DNA of 64,000 nt from Candidatus Lambdaproteobacteria bacterium RIFOXYD2_FULL_56_26 (GCA_001783715.1 MFNF01000061.1:6722-70721); one strand, 5' to 3'; positions 30,920 to 41,401 are shown, counted from the stretch's first letter. Notes: generated from the letters alone by a model not told the origin. Translations and numbers: made by a program.

Positions 30920-31005
30920 GGTGAAAAAACCGATAGAATCAATGGATATGCGGACCCCGGACGGGGTCCGCTACAAGGCCAACTTGGAGCAACCGGCTCA
31001 GTCGG

Positions 31006-32373
31006 TCAAGGGCTTTCGGGCCGTTTGACCTGGGGCAGGCGGGCGATGGACCGTTTGATTTCCTCCTCCGGGTAAGCGTAGTCTTGGATCTCCCCAGCGA
31101 AGTATTTGTCATAGGCGCTCATGTCAAAATGCCCGTGGCCGGAGAGGTTAAAAAAGAGGCATTTTGCCTCCCCGGTTTTTTTGCATTCCAAGGCATCGTC
31201 CATCATCGCCCGGATTCCGTGGCAGGACTCCGGTGCCGGGACAATGCCTTCCGCCCGGGCGAACATCACTCCCGCCTCAAAAGTCCCCAGGTTGGGCACC
31301 GCCCTCGCCTCAATGTGCCCTTCATGGTACAGCTGGCTGACCAGGGGGGAATCTCCGTGGTACCGCAACCCTCCGGCGTGGATCGAAGGGGGAACAAAGT
31401 CGTGGCCCAAGGTGTACATCAACATCAAGGGAGTCATCCCCGCCACGTCCCCGAAGTCATAGGCATAATGCCCCTTGGTCAAGGTGGGGCAGCTGATCGG
31501 CTCTACCGCCACCAGCCGGATGTCCCGGCCCTGCCACTTGTCGGTCAAAAAAGGAAAGGCCACCCCGCCAAAGTTGGAGCCGCCGCCGCAAGGGGCGTAG
31601 ATAATGTCGGGATAATCTCCCACCAATTGGAACTGCTTTTTTGCCTCCAGACCGATCACCGTTTGGTGCAACAACACATGGTTCAAAACCGAACCTAAGG
31701 CGTAATTGGTGTCGGCCCGAGAGGCTGCGTCCTCCACCGCTTCACTGATGGCGATGCCCAAAGAACCGGGGGAATTGGGGTCTTGGGCCAGGATGTTGCG
31801 GCCTGCTTGGGTATCTTTTGAAGGGCTGGCCACCACCTCCGCCCCCCAGGTTTGCATCAAGCTGCGCCGGTAGGGCTTTTGTTGGTAGCTGACCTTGACC
31901 ATATAAACCTTCACATCCAACCCAAAAAACTGCCCGGCCTGGGCAATCGCCGATCCCCACTGCCCTGCCCCGGTTTCGGTGGCAATCCGTTTGATCCCCG
32001 CCTTGTGGTTGTAGTAGGCTTGGGGGATGGCGGTGTTGGACTTGTGGCTCCCTGCTGCTGCGACCCCTTCATACTTGTAATAAATCCTCGCCGGGGTGCC
32101 CAGGGCCGCTTCCAGTCTCCGGGCCCGGAACATCGGGCTGGGCCGCCAGAGTTTGTAGGCCTCCCGCACCGGTTCGGGGATTTCAACCCACCTTTGTTGG
32201 GTCATTTCCTGTTCGATCAACGCCTCTGGGAAAATGGCAGCCAAGGCATCGGGGCCGATGGGGTTGCCGTCCGGGCCCAAGGGGGGGGCAGGCGGATTGG
32301 GCATATCGGCCACGATGTTGTACCAATGGGTTGGGATCTCGGATTCATCAAGCAAAATCTTGACTTTGGACAT
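31006..32373 (-). CDS. TrpB-like PLP-dependent enzyme (tryptophan synthase beta type 2, TrpB2)
   Basis: 455 aa, PLP-Lys motif (GSHKSNTAIPQAY), long N-terminal extension typical of TrpB2; no neighbouring trp genes. Confidence 0.85.
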   Translation of the reverse strand: MSKVKILLDESEIPTHWYNIVADMPNPPAPPLGPDGNPIGPDALAAIFPEALIEQEMTQQRWVEIPEPVREAYKLWRPSPMFRARRLEAALGTPARIYYKYEGVAAAGSHKSNTAIPQAYYNHKAGIKRIATETGAGQWGSAIAQAGQFFGLDVKVYMVKVSYQQKPYRRSLMQTWGAEVVASPSKDTQAGRNILAQDPNSPGSLGIAISEAVEDAASRADTNYALGSVLNHVLLHQTVIGLEAKKQFQLVGDYPDIIYAPCGGGSNFGGVAFPFLTDKWQGRDIRLVAVEPISCPTLTKGHYAYDFGDVAGMTPLMLMYTLGHDFVPPSIHAGGLRYHGDSPLVSQLYHEGHIEARAVPNLGTFEAGVMFARAEGIVPAPESCHGIRAMMDDALECKKTGEAKCLFFNLSGHGHFDMSAYDKYFAGEIQDYAYPEEEIKRSIARLPQVKRPESP

Positions 32374-32529
32374 GGGGGCTCCACAAAAAGGGTTTTGTAC
32401 CTCCTAACATGTCCAGGTGCCAAATTCCAGACGAAAAAGTGAACTCCCAAAACCGGCAAAAATCGATTTTTACTGGTCAACTTGAGGTTTATCACCTAAA
32501 AAAGAGGACCTCTTTCCCTTTGGGCCTGA

Positions 32530-33300
32530 ATGAAAATCCAATTTTTGGGGGTTGGTGCCGCCTTTACCACCGCCCAATATTACCAATCCAACCTGCTGCT
32601 CACCTCGGAGCGAGGGAAAAAACTTTTGCTGGACGCTGGGGGCGACATTCGCTTTGCCTTGTCCGAAGCCGGGGTCCCTGCGTCTTCCCTAGACGGGGTT
32701 TATCTCTCCCACCAACATGCGGACCACATCGGGGGCATGGAGTTTTTGGCCTACGCCACCTTCTTTGACCCTTCGGTTCCCAAACTGAAGCTTTATGTTG
32801 AAAGGGAATTGGCCACAGAGGTTTGGGAACACAGCTTGCGGGGCGGCTTGAGTGTGGTGGATGACCAACCCAGGGGCCTGAACGATTTTTTTGAGGTCCG
32901 GCTGCTGGACCTCAAGCAATCTTTTGTCTGGGAAGGCTGGACCTTTACCTTGTACAAAATGCCCCATGTGATCACCAAGGTTGGCTCGATCTATTCTTAC
33001 GGCCTCCTGGCGGAGCGGCAGGGTTATCCGGGGTTCTTTTTCAGCTCCGATTCCACCTTTGCCCCGGAGATTCTAAAGGCAGTGGCCCCCAAGGTCCAAT
33101 TGATCTTCCATGACTGTGAAACCCGCCTGCCCCCCACCGGGGTCCATTGCCACTACTTGGAACTCAAAACCCTGCCCCAGTCGGTCAAATCCAAGCTCTG
33201 GGCCTACCATTACCAGCCGGACCCGCCCTACCAACCACAAGCGGACGGGATGCTGGGGTTTGTCAAAAAAGGCCAAGAGTTTCACTTCAAAAAATCCTGA
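32530..33300 (+). CDS. MBL-fold metallo-hydrolase
   Basis: HxHxDH motif (SHQHADHIGG) and downstream His/Asp ligands. Confidence 0.7.
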   Translation: MKIQFLGVGAAFTTAQYYQSNLLLTSERGKKLLLDAGGDIRFALSEAGVPASSLDGVYLSHQHADHIGGMEFLAYATFFDPSVPKLKLYVERELATEVWEHSLRGGLSVVDDQPRGLNDFFEVRLLDLKQSFVWEGWTFTLYKMPHVITKVGSIYSYGLLAERQGYPGFFFSSDSTFAPEILKAVAPKVQLIFHDCETRLPPTGVHCHYLELKTLPQSVKSKLWAYHYQPDPPYQPQADGMLGFVKKGQEFHFKKS

Positions 33301-33314
33301 TCCCCCAAGGTCCC

Positions 33315-34226
33315 ATGAAACGCATGGTGATCTTAAACCCCAAAGCCCGCCAGGGCACTGCCGAGCAACTGGTGGACCGCCTTCGTTTGCGCCTTAAACC
33401 GGGCACCGAGCGCTTTGAGGTCCAATCGACCCGGTACCGGGGCCATGCCACTCAGCTCGCCCGTGAGGCCCTCAAGGCGGGGTTTGACCACCTGATTGCG
33501 GTGGGCGGGGACGGGACCTTTTCGGAAATGATCAACGGCTTTTACGAGGCCGGGCAACCGCTCAACCTAGAGGCGATGGCCTCCCCCCTGATGTTGGGCA
33601 CCGGCTGCGACTTTGGCCGCAGTTACGGCCTGCCCAAGGGCCTAACCGACCAGCTCAACCGCCTGACCCAGGGCCGGGAATACCGGATCGACCTGGGCAA
33701 GGTCACCTTGGGGGAGCAGGTCCGTTATTTTGTGAACATCGGGGGTTTTGGGCTCAGTGGGCAGGTCAACCAAATCCTAGAGCAACAAAAGGGCTCCCTG
33801 GGCTTTTTGAGCGGCAAGGCGGCCTTTTTCCTGGCCAGTTTGCGGGGGATTTTGACCGGCAAAAATGCCAAGGTCCGGTTGGTGATTGATGGAGGCCCGC
33901 CGGTGGAGATGACCAGCAAACTGGTGGCCTTGGCGAACGGGCAATTTTTTGGCGGCGGAATGTGGATCGCCCCCCAGGCGAGTAACGAGGACGGCTGGTT
34001 GGACCTAGTGGTCTTGGGCGACCTTTCCGCCTGGGAAACCTTACGGCAGTTTCCGCTGGTTTACCAAGGCCTACACCTGGGCCGTCCGGGAGTCCTTTGC
34101 CAGAAGATCACCGTCCTGGAAGCCAGCTCGGAAGAACCGGTCTGGGTGGACCTGGACGGCGAAGTAGTCGGCCAACTCCCCGCCCGGTTCGAGGTGGTAC
34201 GGCAGGGGCTGAAGATTTGGGTCTAG
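33315..34226 (+). CDS. diacylglycerol-kinase-family lipid kinase (YegS/DagK-like)
   Basis: DAGK_cat motif (AVGGDGTFSEMINGF) and C-terminal accessory domain. Confidence 0.8.
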   Translation: MKRMVILNPKARQGTAEQLVDRLRLRLKPGTERFEVQSTRYRGHATQLAREALKAGFDHLIAVGGDGTFSEMINGFYEAGQPLNLEAMASPLMLGTGCDFGRSYGLPKGLTDQLNRLTQGREYRIDLGKVTLGEQVRYFVNIGGFGLSGQVNQILEQQKGSLGFLSGKAAFFLASLRGILTGKNAKVRLVIDGGPPVEMTSKLVALANGQFFGGGMWIAPQASNEDGWLDLVVLGDLSAWETLRQFPLVYQGLHLGRPGVLCQKITVLEASSEEPVWVDLDGEVVGQLPARFEVVRQGLKIWV

Positions 34227-34311
34227 TTCCCCGAACCTAGCCCCCCCCAAAAAAATCTCCTCTATTCTCTCCAACCCCGGCCTTCTTGGCTCCCACCACT
34301 GGGCCGTGGGA

Positions 34312-36435
34312 TCAATCGTTGGCTGGGGTGTAACGCTCTACAGTGTTTAAATAAGTAGCTGCCGCCGATTGCCCGCCGACAATGTAAATGTAGGTCCCGT
34401 CGGTAGCACAGCCGTGCCCCCACCGAGCGGAGGTTAAGCTGGTTTTGGTTGTGTAGCTGTCTGAGGTTGGAGAGTATTTAAGAACACTGTCCAAGGCACT
34501 GTTGGTTGTGGTCAATCCACCAAAGAGATAAATCTCGCTGTTGTAGACAGCCGCACAAAAGCGGGATCGTCCCGTTGAGAGGGCTGCAATACTTGTTGGA
34601 GTGTACGAACTGGTGTCATAGACTTCTGAGGTCGTTAGTGCCGAGCCCGTGATGTATCCAGCTCCATTGTATCCGCCAAAAAGATAGACTTTGGTGCCGA
34701 TTACGGCGTGGGCGAAAGAGGCCCTTGCGGTGATCATATTGGTCCCTGCCGAACTCCAAGAACCGCCAGTCAAGGTATATACTCCAGAAAGGAACGAAGA
34801 CGTTGTACTGTAGTATCCCCCAAAGGTCCAGAGGGTGGTGCCGATATACTCCATTCCTGTGTCGGTTAAGGTAGCTAAGGAATGGTTGTAAAGCGTGCCT
34901 GTCCCCAGACTACCGTAGCTGGTCAAATACACGGAGGTAATCCCAGTACCGTTAGTGTCTGTTGAACCAGTGCCGTAATAATAGCTTGCCCCGTCTGTTG
35001 CGGCTAAGGCTACCGTATGAGCGGACAATATTGGGCCTGATGGGTTATTCCAACCGCCCCCGCTGATTGAGTAAACAGACAATTGGTTAAAGACTGCACC
35101 ATTATAACCTTGGCCACAGGTGATAGTGCCTGAGGTGCTGAGGTAGATACAATTGATATTCGTAATAGCGGTAGGTAAAGTGTTTAAGGTGGTCCAAACC
35201 GCCAAAGTCGTGAAGGTGGTCCCCGTATAAGCCGTAGCCAGTGCGTTTCCGGCAGTGTCTTTGGGTTTAAAACTGCTGGAACTGCCGACCACTACCACAT
35301 TGTAAGCGGTGTTTGCAGAAAGGGAACCGGTCAAGGTGAAGGTGAACACTGTGTTGCTGCTGGCGGTTACGGTGCTGCTCATCATCACACAAGTACTGCC
35401 GGTTGTCTTTTGCAGGTACACGGTACCCACACAGGCACCGGTGGCATCAGCACTGATCGAAGTGGTGTCCATCGCTTCGCTGAAGGTAACCACCACCGTG
35501 GTGATCGAAGAGGCGCTTGCCGCCGCAATCGGGGTCACGCTGACCACCGTAGGTGCGGTAGTGTCGGCGGTGCTGGCGGTGGTAAATCCGGTGGACTGGG
35601 TGTCGGCTGCCGCCAGGGCGTTGCCCGCCGCATCCTTGGCCGCCGTGGTCACTTTGATCTTGTAGGTGCTGCTTCCGGTCAGGTTGGCCGAAGGGGTCAG
35701 GGTGAAGGCGGTTTTGGCCGTATTGGCGGTGATGGTGCTGCTCATCGCCACACAAGTCGAGAATCCATCGCTGGAAAGCTGCACCGAGCCGGAGCAGGTG
35801 GTGGTGGTCCCGGTGGTGATGGTGGTGCTGTCCATCGCTTCGCTGAAGGTCACGGTGAGGGTCGAGTTGACCGCCACGGAAGTGGCCGAGTTGGCCGGGC
35901 TGGTGCTGCTGAGCGTGGGGGCCGTAGCGTCTTTGGTGGTAAAGCCGACCGACTGGGTGTAGTCGGAACTCAAGGCAGTGCCGCCGGAACTCTTGGCACT
36001 GGTGCTGACCCGGACTTTGTAGGTTGTGCTTTCCGTTAAGTTGGCCCGGGTGGTAAAGACAAAAGATTTGTTGTCCGAAGTCGAAGGGGCCCCCAACAGG
36101 GCGCAGGTAGAAAAGTTGTCCGACGAAAGCTGGATCGCCCCGGCACAAACACTGTCGCTCCGGGAGGAGTTGGTGCCAACCGAGGTGACATCCATTTCCT
36201 GGTCAAAGGTCACGGTGATCGTGGGCACCACTGCCACCGAAGTGGTGGAGTCCGAAGGGGTCACCGAAGAAACGGTGGGGGCAGTGGCCGTGGTCGTGTC
36301 TCCCGCTTCCGGAGCCCCGGCGGTGACTTCGGTGGTCTCCAGGGGGCTGTCTTCGAGGGTTTGCCCGCCGCAACCGGCGAGCAGGATCAGGCCCAAACCC
36401 AGGGCCAAAGCGTAAAAGGAACGGTTGGTTTTCAT
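34312..36435 (-). CDS. surface lipoprotein with three tandem Ig-like (SbsA/Big-type) domains and a C-terminal Kelch/beta-propeller region
   Basis: Lipobox (LLAGC); three ~100-aa Ser/Thr-rich repeats each starting ATAPT(V/L)SS...VTFSEAMD; C-terminal repeated LYxFGG/IYLFGG Kelch blades. Confidence 0.7.
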   Translation of the reverse strand: MKTNRSFYALALGLGLILLAGCGGQTLEDSPLETTEVTAGAPEAGDTTTATAPTVSSVTPSDSTTSVAVVPTITVTFDQEMDVTSVGTNSSRSDSVCAGAIQLSSDNFSTCALLGAPSTSDNKSFVFTTRANLTESTTYKVRVSTSAKSSGGTALSSDYTQSVGFTTKDATAPTLSSTSPANSATSVAVNSTLTVTFSEAMDSTTITTGTTTTCSGSVQLSSDGFSTCVAMSSTITANTAKTAFTLTPSANLTGSSTYKIKVTTAAKDAAGNALAAADTQSTGFTTASTADTTAPTVVSVTPIAAASASSITTVVVTFSEAMDTTSISADATGACVGTVYLQKTTGSTCVMMSSTVTASSNTVFTFTLTGSLSANTAYNVVVVGSSSSFKPKDTAGNALATAYTGTTFTTLAVWTTLNTLPTAITNINCIYLSTSGTITCGQGYNGAVFNQLSVYSISGGGWNNPSGPILSAHTVALAATDGASYYYGTGSTDTNGTGITSVYLTSYGSLGTGTLYNHSLATLTDTGMEYIGTTLWTFGGYYSTTSSFLSGVYTLTGGSWSSAGTNMITARASFAHAVIGTKVYLFGGYNGAGYITGSALTTSEVYDTSSYTPTSIAALSTGRSRFCAAVYNSEIYLFGGLTTTNSALDSVLKYSPTSDSYTTKTSLTSARWGHGCATDGTYIYIVGGQSAAATYLNTVERYTPAND
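35325..36285 (-). repeat. three in-frame tandem ~300-nt repeats encoding Ig-like domains inside the lipoprotein gene
   Basis: Protein-level repeat (TAPTxSSxTP...TVTFxxxMD...GNAL); lower GC and T/S codon bias in this region. Confidence 0.6.
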
Positions 36436-36445
36436 CGGGGCCCCC

Positions 36446-37732
36446 TTAAAACTGGTAGGAGAAATTCATGGTGGGATGCTCAAAGCCGGGTAACAAGGCA
36501 AACTGCCATTGCCGGGCCGGGGCCGCTAGGTTTTGGGCGCTCTCGGAAGAGCCGCCAAAAAAGATAAAGTAGCCTTCCATCAAACCAAAGACAATGGTCA
36601 TGGAATCAAAGGTTTGCACTGCCGCTTTGTCTGCCTTCATCTTGGTGACATTGGCATCATATTCCGTTTTGATGGTCGCTCTTGTGGCGGTGGAATTGGA
36701 GGCATCATACTGGGTTTTCAGGTCTGCGTTCTTGGTAGCCAAGCTGTTGTAGTCCTTGGCGGCATTGGAGGACAACAGGGCGGTCCCCCCGGCTCCGGCC
36801 AGGGCAAAAAGATGCCAGCCCCAACCATATCCGTCTCCGCCGTCACTGGTGATCCTGGGTCCCAGGTCCACCGGAGCGGCCTTGGCTCCAGAGATTTCGG
36901 CGGCAGTTTTGCCCACCAGCTCCAAGGAGAGTTTTTCCAAGGAGACATCTAAGTTGGAGAGGTCCGAGTTGTGTTGCACCGTCTTGGAAACCAGGATCGA
37001 ACCGTCCTGGATGGCCATGATCTTGGCGCTTAACATGTATTTGGTGTCGTTGATCTTAAACAGACTGGTGGAAACCACCCGGTCCACCCCCAATTGCTCG
37101 CCGATCAAGGTAGCACATTCGTCCCGGGTACACCCAGAGGTCTTTTGGATCTGCTCGGGGTTCATCTTGTCCACATCCGCAGAACTGGCCAACTTGAAGG
37201 GGGCTACCGAACTGAGGCTGGAGCGGAACAAGTCGGAAAAGGCTTTGATCTGGTCTTTGTTCAGGTCCTTGGCTTCAATGTCCAAAACCGCCACCAAGGT
37301 TTCTTTGGTGGTTTTTTCGGTCTCAAAAACCACTTCGGCTTGGCCGATCACCTCGCCGCCCAGACCGGCGATGCCCGCCAGATTTAAGGTGGTCTTCTCC
37401 CCTTTTTGGTCGTAGGTGCCCTTAAAGACCAAGGCCTTGCTGAGGTTGATCCCGCTTAAGCTGTCGGACAAAAAGACCAGCTTAAACTCAGGGAAAAACT
37501 TCTCCAAGGCCATGTAAAGACTGGTTTCAATTTTCTTGGCCGTGGCATCGGTCTGTTGGTTGTGGATGTTAACCACTTGGATCACAATCGCCTTTTCGGC
37601 GTTTTTGGCGATTTTGGGCTTTTCCTGCAGCTGTTTGGCCGCATCTTCCATCGCCTCTTTGAGGGGCTGGGCCAACAACGGTCCGGTCAGGGCCAAAAAC
37701 AAACCAAAAAAAAGAACCAGTCGCTGGATCAT
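36446..37732 (-). CDS. hypothetical exported protein
   Basis: 428 aa, signal peptide, no confidently recognised domain; a Gly-rich amphipathic C-terminus may form a membrane hairpin. Confidence 0.4.
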   Translation of the reverse strand: MIQRLVLFFGLFLALTGPLLAQPLKEAMEDAAKQLQEKPKIAKNAEKAIVIQVVNIHNQQTDATAKKIETSLYMALEKFFPEFKLVFLSDSLSGINLSKALVFKGTYDQKGEKTTLNLAGIAGLGGEVIGQAEVVFETEKTTKETLVAVLDIEAKDLNKDQIKAFSDLFRSSLSSVAPFKLASSADVDKMNPEQIQKTSGCTRDECATLIGEQLGVDRVVSTSLFKINDTKYMLSAKIMAIQDGSILVSKTVQHNSDLSNLDVSLEKLSLELVGKTAAEISGAKAAPVDLGPRITSDGGDGYGWGWHLFALAGAGGTALLSSNAAKDYNSLATKNADLKTQYDASNSTATRATIKTEYDANVTKMKADKAAVQTFDSMTIVFGLMEGYFIFFGGSSESAQNLAAPARQWQFALLPGFEHPTMNFSYQF

Positions 37733-37741
37733 GATGTCAAG

Positions 37742-38326
37742 TTAAAGCAGAGATTCAATGATGTTGGTGAGTTGTGTTTCCAAGTCTTCCTTAAACCCAC
37801 GGAACTCGTGGGAGATGATCCCTTCTTTGTTGATCACCACGATCCGAGGCAGGCTGTTGACCTGATACTTTTTGATGGCATCCCGCTGGTTGGGCAGCAT
37901 CATGGGCAGGTCGATCTTCTTTTTGGCGATAAAGCGGGTCATGTCCTCATCGCTGATTTCGGTGTCCACGTTGACGTAGATCAATTTGGCCGCCTTGCCT
38001 TGGAAGTGTTCGGCAATCCGGTTGTAGGTGGGGATCTCCCGCATACAAGGGACACAACTGGTGGAGAAGAAATTGAGCACCACCACGTTTTTGGTTACCT
38101 CAGGGACGTACTTGCCGCCCTCTTCGACCGGGTTGCCTTGGGTATCTTTCTTGAAGCCAAATTCCTTCATCAAGGTTTGCAACTTCATCAACCCTTCCCC
38201 CTGGGCCTTTTTGCCGCTCAAAAAGGGTGCCTCTTGGCCGACCATACTTTCGGAGGAGGACTCGGCCCACAAGGCGGGGGAGAGGAACAGGAGAGAGAGG
38301 GTCAAAAACAGTAACTTCGCCTTCAC
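37742..38326 (-). CDS. TlpA/redoxin-family periplasmic thiol-disulfide oxidoreductase
   Basis: Signal peptide; thioredoxin fold with active-site CVPC (FFSTSCVPCMREIP). Confidence 0.8.
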   Translation of the reverse strand: MKAKLLFLTLSLLFLSPALWAESSSESMVGQEAPFLSGKKAQGEGLMKLQTLMKEFGFKKDTQGNPVEEGGKYVPEVTKNVVVLNFFSTSCVPCMREIPTYNRIAEHFQGKAAKLIYVNVDTEISDEDMTRFIAKKKIDLPMMLPNQRDAIKKYQVNSLPRIVVINKEGIISHEFRGFKEDLETQLTNIIESLL

Positions 38327-38353
38327 TGGGTTTTGCCTGTGCTAAAGTTAAGG

Positions 38354-38989
38354 TTACGGGGCGACCTTGGAACCGGCCGCTTCTTCAATGGACAATTTTT
38401 TCCCGGCGATTTCCACACCGCTTAAGATGTCTCCGGCGATCTCGGTCAGGGGCATCACTTCTCCAGAGGGACTGATTGCCCCTTGTTTGCCCGCAGGGAC
38501 ATCCACCGACTGGCCGTTTTGGGCCGAAGCCAAAGCCACCAGACCGTTGAAGGTCGCCACTCGAGTTTGGCTGGCCGCTTCTTCGACCACAAAATCGGTG
38601 CCCTTGACCCCAACCACTGCATTAACGGTACGGACTTGGAAACTCCGGTCCGGGCGGCGGTTCACCAAAGCCCGCAGCTTCCCGGTCAGGTTGAGGTCGA
38701 TCTTCATGGCTTCTTTGCCCTGCTCGGCGCTCAAGTCCACGGCGCTGTTGGGGCCCAGATAAACCACGTCCCCGTTTTCAAAGGCCAGCTTGGCCTTGCC
38801 TTCAGGGCCGGTTTCGATCCGGTCGGAACCAAAAATTTCGGTTTCTTGTTTGTGAATGTCCAAGACCTTGCCCGAACGAATCACTTGGACCACCGGGTCC
38901 AGCAGGACCAAGGTGGCAATCTTGGGGGCCGCAAACACGGACTGGGCGGTAACCACCAGTCCAAAAAAAGCGGTCAACAGTTGGCGCAT
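38354..38989 (-). CDS. FecR-domain-containing exported protein
   Basis: Signal peptide; FecR-like beta-sandwich pattern (two near-repeats VVGVKGTDFVV / ATFNGLVAL). Confidence 0.55.
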   Translation of the reverse strand: MRQLLTAFFGLVVTAQSVFAAPKIATLVLLDPVVQVIRSGKVLDIHKQETEIFGSDRIETGPEGKAKLAFENGDVVYLGPNSAVDLSAEQGKEAMKIDLNLTGKLRALVNRRPDRSFQVRTVNAVVGVKGTDFVVEEAASQTRVATFNGLVALASAQNGQSVDVPAGKQGAISPSGEVMPLTEIAGDILSGVEIAGKKLSIEEAAGSKVAP

Positions 38990-39210
38990 GAAGAGACCTC
39001 GGTAAAATTGAACTTGTGGGATAGACTACCTTCTTTGGCCCAGAGGTTCAAGCACTTTGTCCAAGTTCCAGGGCCTACTGGTACCAAAGGGCTGGGAACA
39101 GGTGGGCTTTCGGTTGCAGTTTTTTTTGGTTATCGGTTCACTTCTCTGGGGCAATCTGGTAGTGGATAAACCAGAAAGTCTGCTGTTTTAAGCCAGCCAC
39201 TGGGGATGCC

Positions 39211-40821
39211 ATGACCATCAAAACAAAAATATTAGCCGGTTTTTCGGTGATACTCTCTTTGGCGTTGTTTCTGGGAGGTTATAACCTTCTGGGTTACCGG
39301 TCTATCGGTGATGCGGTCGAGAATATCGAGTATTCCAAGTTTTTTGCCCTTTTGGAGATCCAGCACCGCAAATGGAACGAGGGGCTGGCTTCGGTTTTTT
39401 TAAAAGAAGACCTGTCGGAAATGGCCATTGAACTGGACCACACCAAATGCCGGATGGGCCGTTTTCTGTACAGTGACGAGGCCAAACGGTTTGTGGAACA
39501 TTTGCCGACCATGGCCCCGTTGCTTGAAGAACTAAAGCCGGTCCACAAGGACCTGCATGATTCGGCCGGGGAAATTGGGGCTCTTTGGTTCACCCAGGAC
39601 CCCCAAAACCAAAGGGCAGCCAAAAAAATCTACCAGGACAAAACCCTGCCCTCTTTGTCCAAAATCGCCGACTTGCTCAACCGGATGTCCAGTGAGCTGG
39701 AAAAACTCGCCACCGGCTCGGCAGCCAACCTCTCAGAAACCGTCAAGGGCCGGACGACCCTTTCGGGGGTGCTGCTTGGTTTGATCTTGTTGTTTGGAGC
39801 AGTGGCGGCCTTTTTGATTGGCCGGAGCATCACCAAGGCCCTTTCGGCGGTGATCGGGGACCTGAACGTGGCTTCAAAGGCACTGAACACTGCCGGGAAG
39901 GAAATCGCCGGAGGATCGGTCCAGGTCGCCCAAGGGGCGAGCGAGCAGGCGGCGAGCTTGGAGCAAACCTCCAGCGCCATGGAAGAGTTGGCCTCACAGT
40001 CCAAAGACAACGCCGATGCCGCCCAACACACCTTCGAGGCGGCAGGTTCGATGAAAACCGGGCTGCAAACCGCCAGCAAGCAGGCTGAAAACGCCCTGAG
40101 CCTTTCGGGAAAGGCTTGTGGTGCCTCGGAACGAGGGGTGCTTTCGATGCAAAAAATCAGCGACAGCCTCAAAGAAGTTGACCAGGCCAGCCAAGAAGTG
40201 ATGGACATCATTGAGTTGATCAATGAGATCACTCATGAAACCAAAATGTTGGCTACCAATGCCGCCATTGAAGCCGCTCGGGCCGGAGAGCAGGGCAAGG
40301 GGTTTGCGGTGGTGGCCAACGAGGTTTCCAAGCTGGCCGAAAACTCCAAGGCTGCGGCCAAAAAGATCAACGACATCGTCAAGCTCAACGCCCAAAAGGC
40401 CCAGTCTGGCAAGGACCAAGCCGAAGAGGGCAACCGGGTGTTAAATGAGATCCACCAGCTGAGCACCCAATCCAAAGAGCTGGTCGCCCAGATCGTCCAG
40501 GCTAACCAGAGCCTCTTCTCCCAAGCCAGCGAGCTGGAAAGTCTGGCCGAGCAGATCAATCGGACCTCGCTGCAACAGTCCCAAGGGACCAGCGAGGTCT
40601 CTCGAGCGATTGTGGAGATGGACGAAATCACCCAGTCCAACGCCTCGGCGGCAGAGCAATCGGCCAGCTCCTCCGAAGGGCTCAAGGAACAGTCGGACGC
40701 ACTCCAGGCGACTATCGACCGTCTGGTGCAGCTGATCGAAGGCGGCGGTTCCGGTTCGGGGCAACCCACCGCCCACCCGACATCCGCCGGGATCCAGCGG
40801 CTTCGGTTGCCCTCCGCCTGA
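39211..40821 (+). CDS. methyl-accepting chemotaxis protein with a chemoreceptor zinc-binding (CZB) domain
   Basis: N-terminal CZB motif ([14 protein letters not shown]...H...H); TM/HAMP; MCP signalling domain ([33 protein letters not shown]). Confidence 0.85.
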   Translation: MTIKTKILAGFSVILSLALFLGGYNLLGYRSIGDAVENIEYSKFFALLEIQHRKWNEGLASVFLKEDLSEMAIELDHTKCRMGRFLYSDEAKRFVEHLPTMAPLLEELKPVHKDLHDSAGEIGALWFTQDPQNQRAAKKIYQDKTLPSLSKIADLLNRMSSELEKLATGSAANLSETVKGRTTLSGVLLGLILLFGAVAAFLIGRSITKALSAVIGDLNVASKALNTAGKEIAGGSVQVAQGASEQAASLEQTSSAMEELASQSKDNADAAQHTFEAAGSMKTGLQTASKQAENALSLSGKACGASERGVLSMQKISDSLKEVDQASQEVMDIIELINEITHETKMLATNAAIEAARAGEQGKGFAVVANEVSKLAENSKAAAKKINDIVKLNAQKAQSGKDQAEEGNRVLNEIHQLSTQSKELVAQIVQANQSLFSQASELESLAEQINRTSLQQSQGTSEVSRAIVEMDEITQSNASAAEQSASSSEGLKEQSDALQATIDRLVQLIEGGGSGSGQPTAHPTSAGIQRLRLPSA

Positions 40822-40892
40822 GTCCCAGGTACTTTTAAATCTCTTTTAGAATCAGAGGATAAAGGAGTAAAAAGAGAGTCGGCGGCCTTGGT

Positions 40893-41401
40893 ATGGCACC
40901 GCTAAGGTTGACCCAGGCCTGCCGCTTGGCGGACCGGCACAAAAAAGAGGTGGCGCTGCTGTTTTTGGACCTTAACCGTTTTAAGCAGGTCAACGACAAC
41001 TTGGGCCACGAAAAAGGGGGGGGACCCACTGTTGCAAGAGGTCTCCTGGCGACTGCAAAGCTTAGTCCGTAGTTCGGATACCGTGGGCAGACGGGGGGGA
41101 TGAATTTACCTTGGTGCTCGAAGAGGTGGAAAACGAAAATGCCGTGGCCGCCATTGCCCAGGGCATCGTCACCAAGGTGTCGGAGGCAGTGCTGCTGGGG
41201 GATGAAGAGGTTTTTGTCGGGGCCAGCATCGGGATTGCCCTTTACCCCAAAGATGCCCAGGACCTCAAGAGCCTGACCAAGGCTGCCGACTCCGCCATGT
41301 ATTGGTCCAAGGAAGCGGGCCGGGGGGCCTTCCGTTTTTACGACCCCAAACTGGATCTACCGGAGGCGCAAGACCCCGACCCTGGTCCGGAGCCCGCCTG
41401 A
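40893..41401 (+). pseudogene. GGDEF (diguanylate cyclase) domain remnant, N-terminally truncated and frameshifted at two poly-G tracts
   Basis: Three frames together read LLFLDLNRFKQVNDNLGHEKG / DPLLQEVSWRLQSLVRSSDTVGR / GGDEFTLVLEEV...; frame breaks fall in the runs of 8 G (near 41021) and 7 G (near 41087); no sensor or N-terminal domain upstream. Confidence 0.7.

Noticed and set aside
35309-36415. Several + strand ORFs (118-233 aa) inside the Ig-like lipoprotein gene
   Set aside because: These are antisense to the repeat-containing lipoprotein. Their repetitive Gly/Arg-rich translations mirror the Ser/Thr codon repeats of the sense strand.
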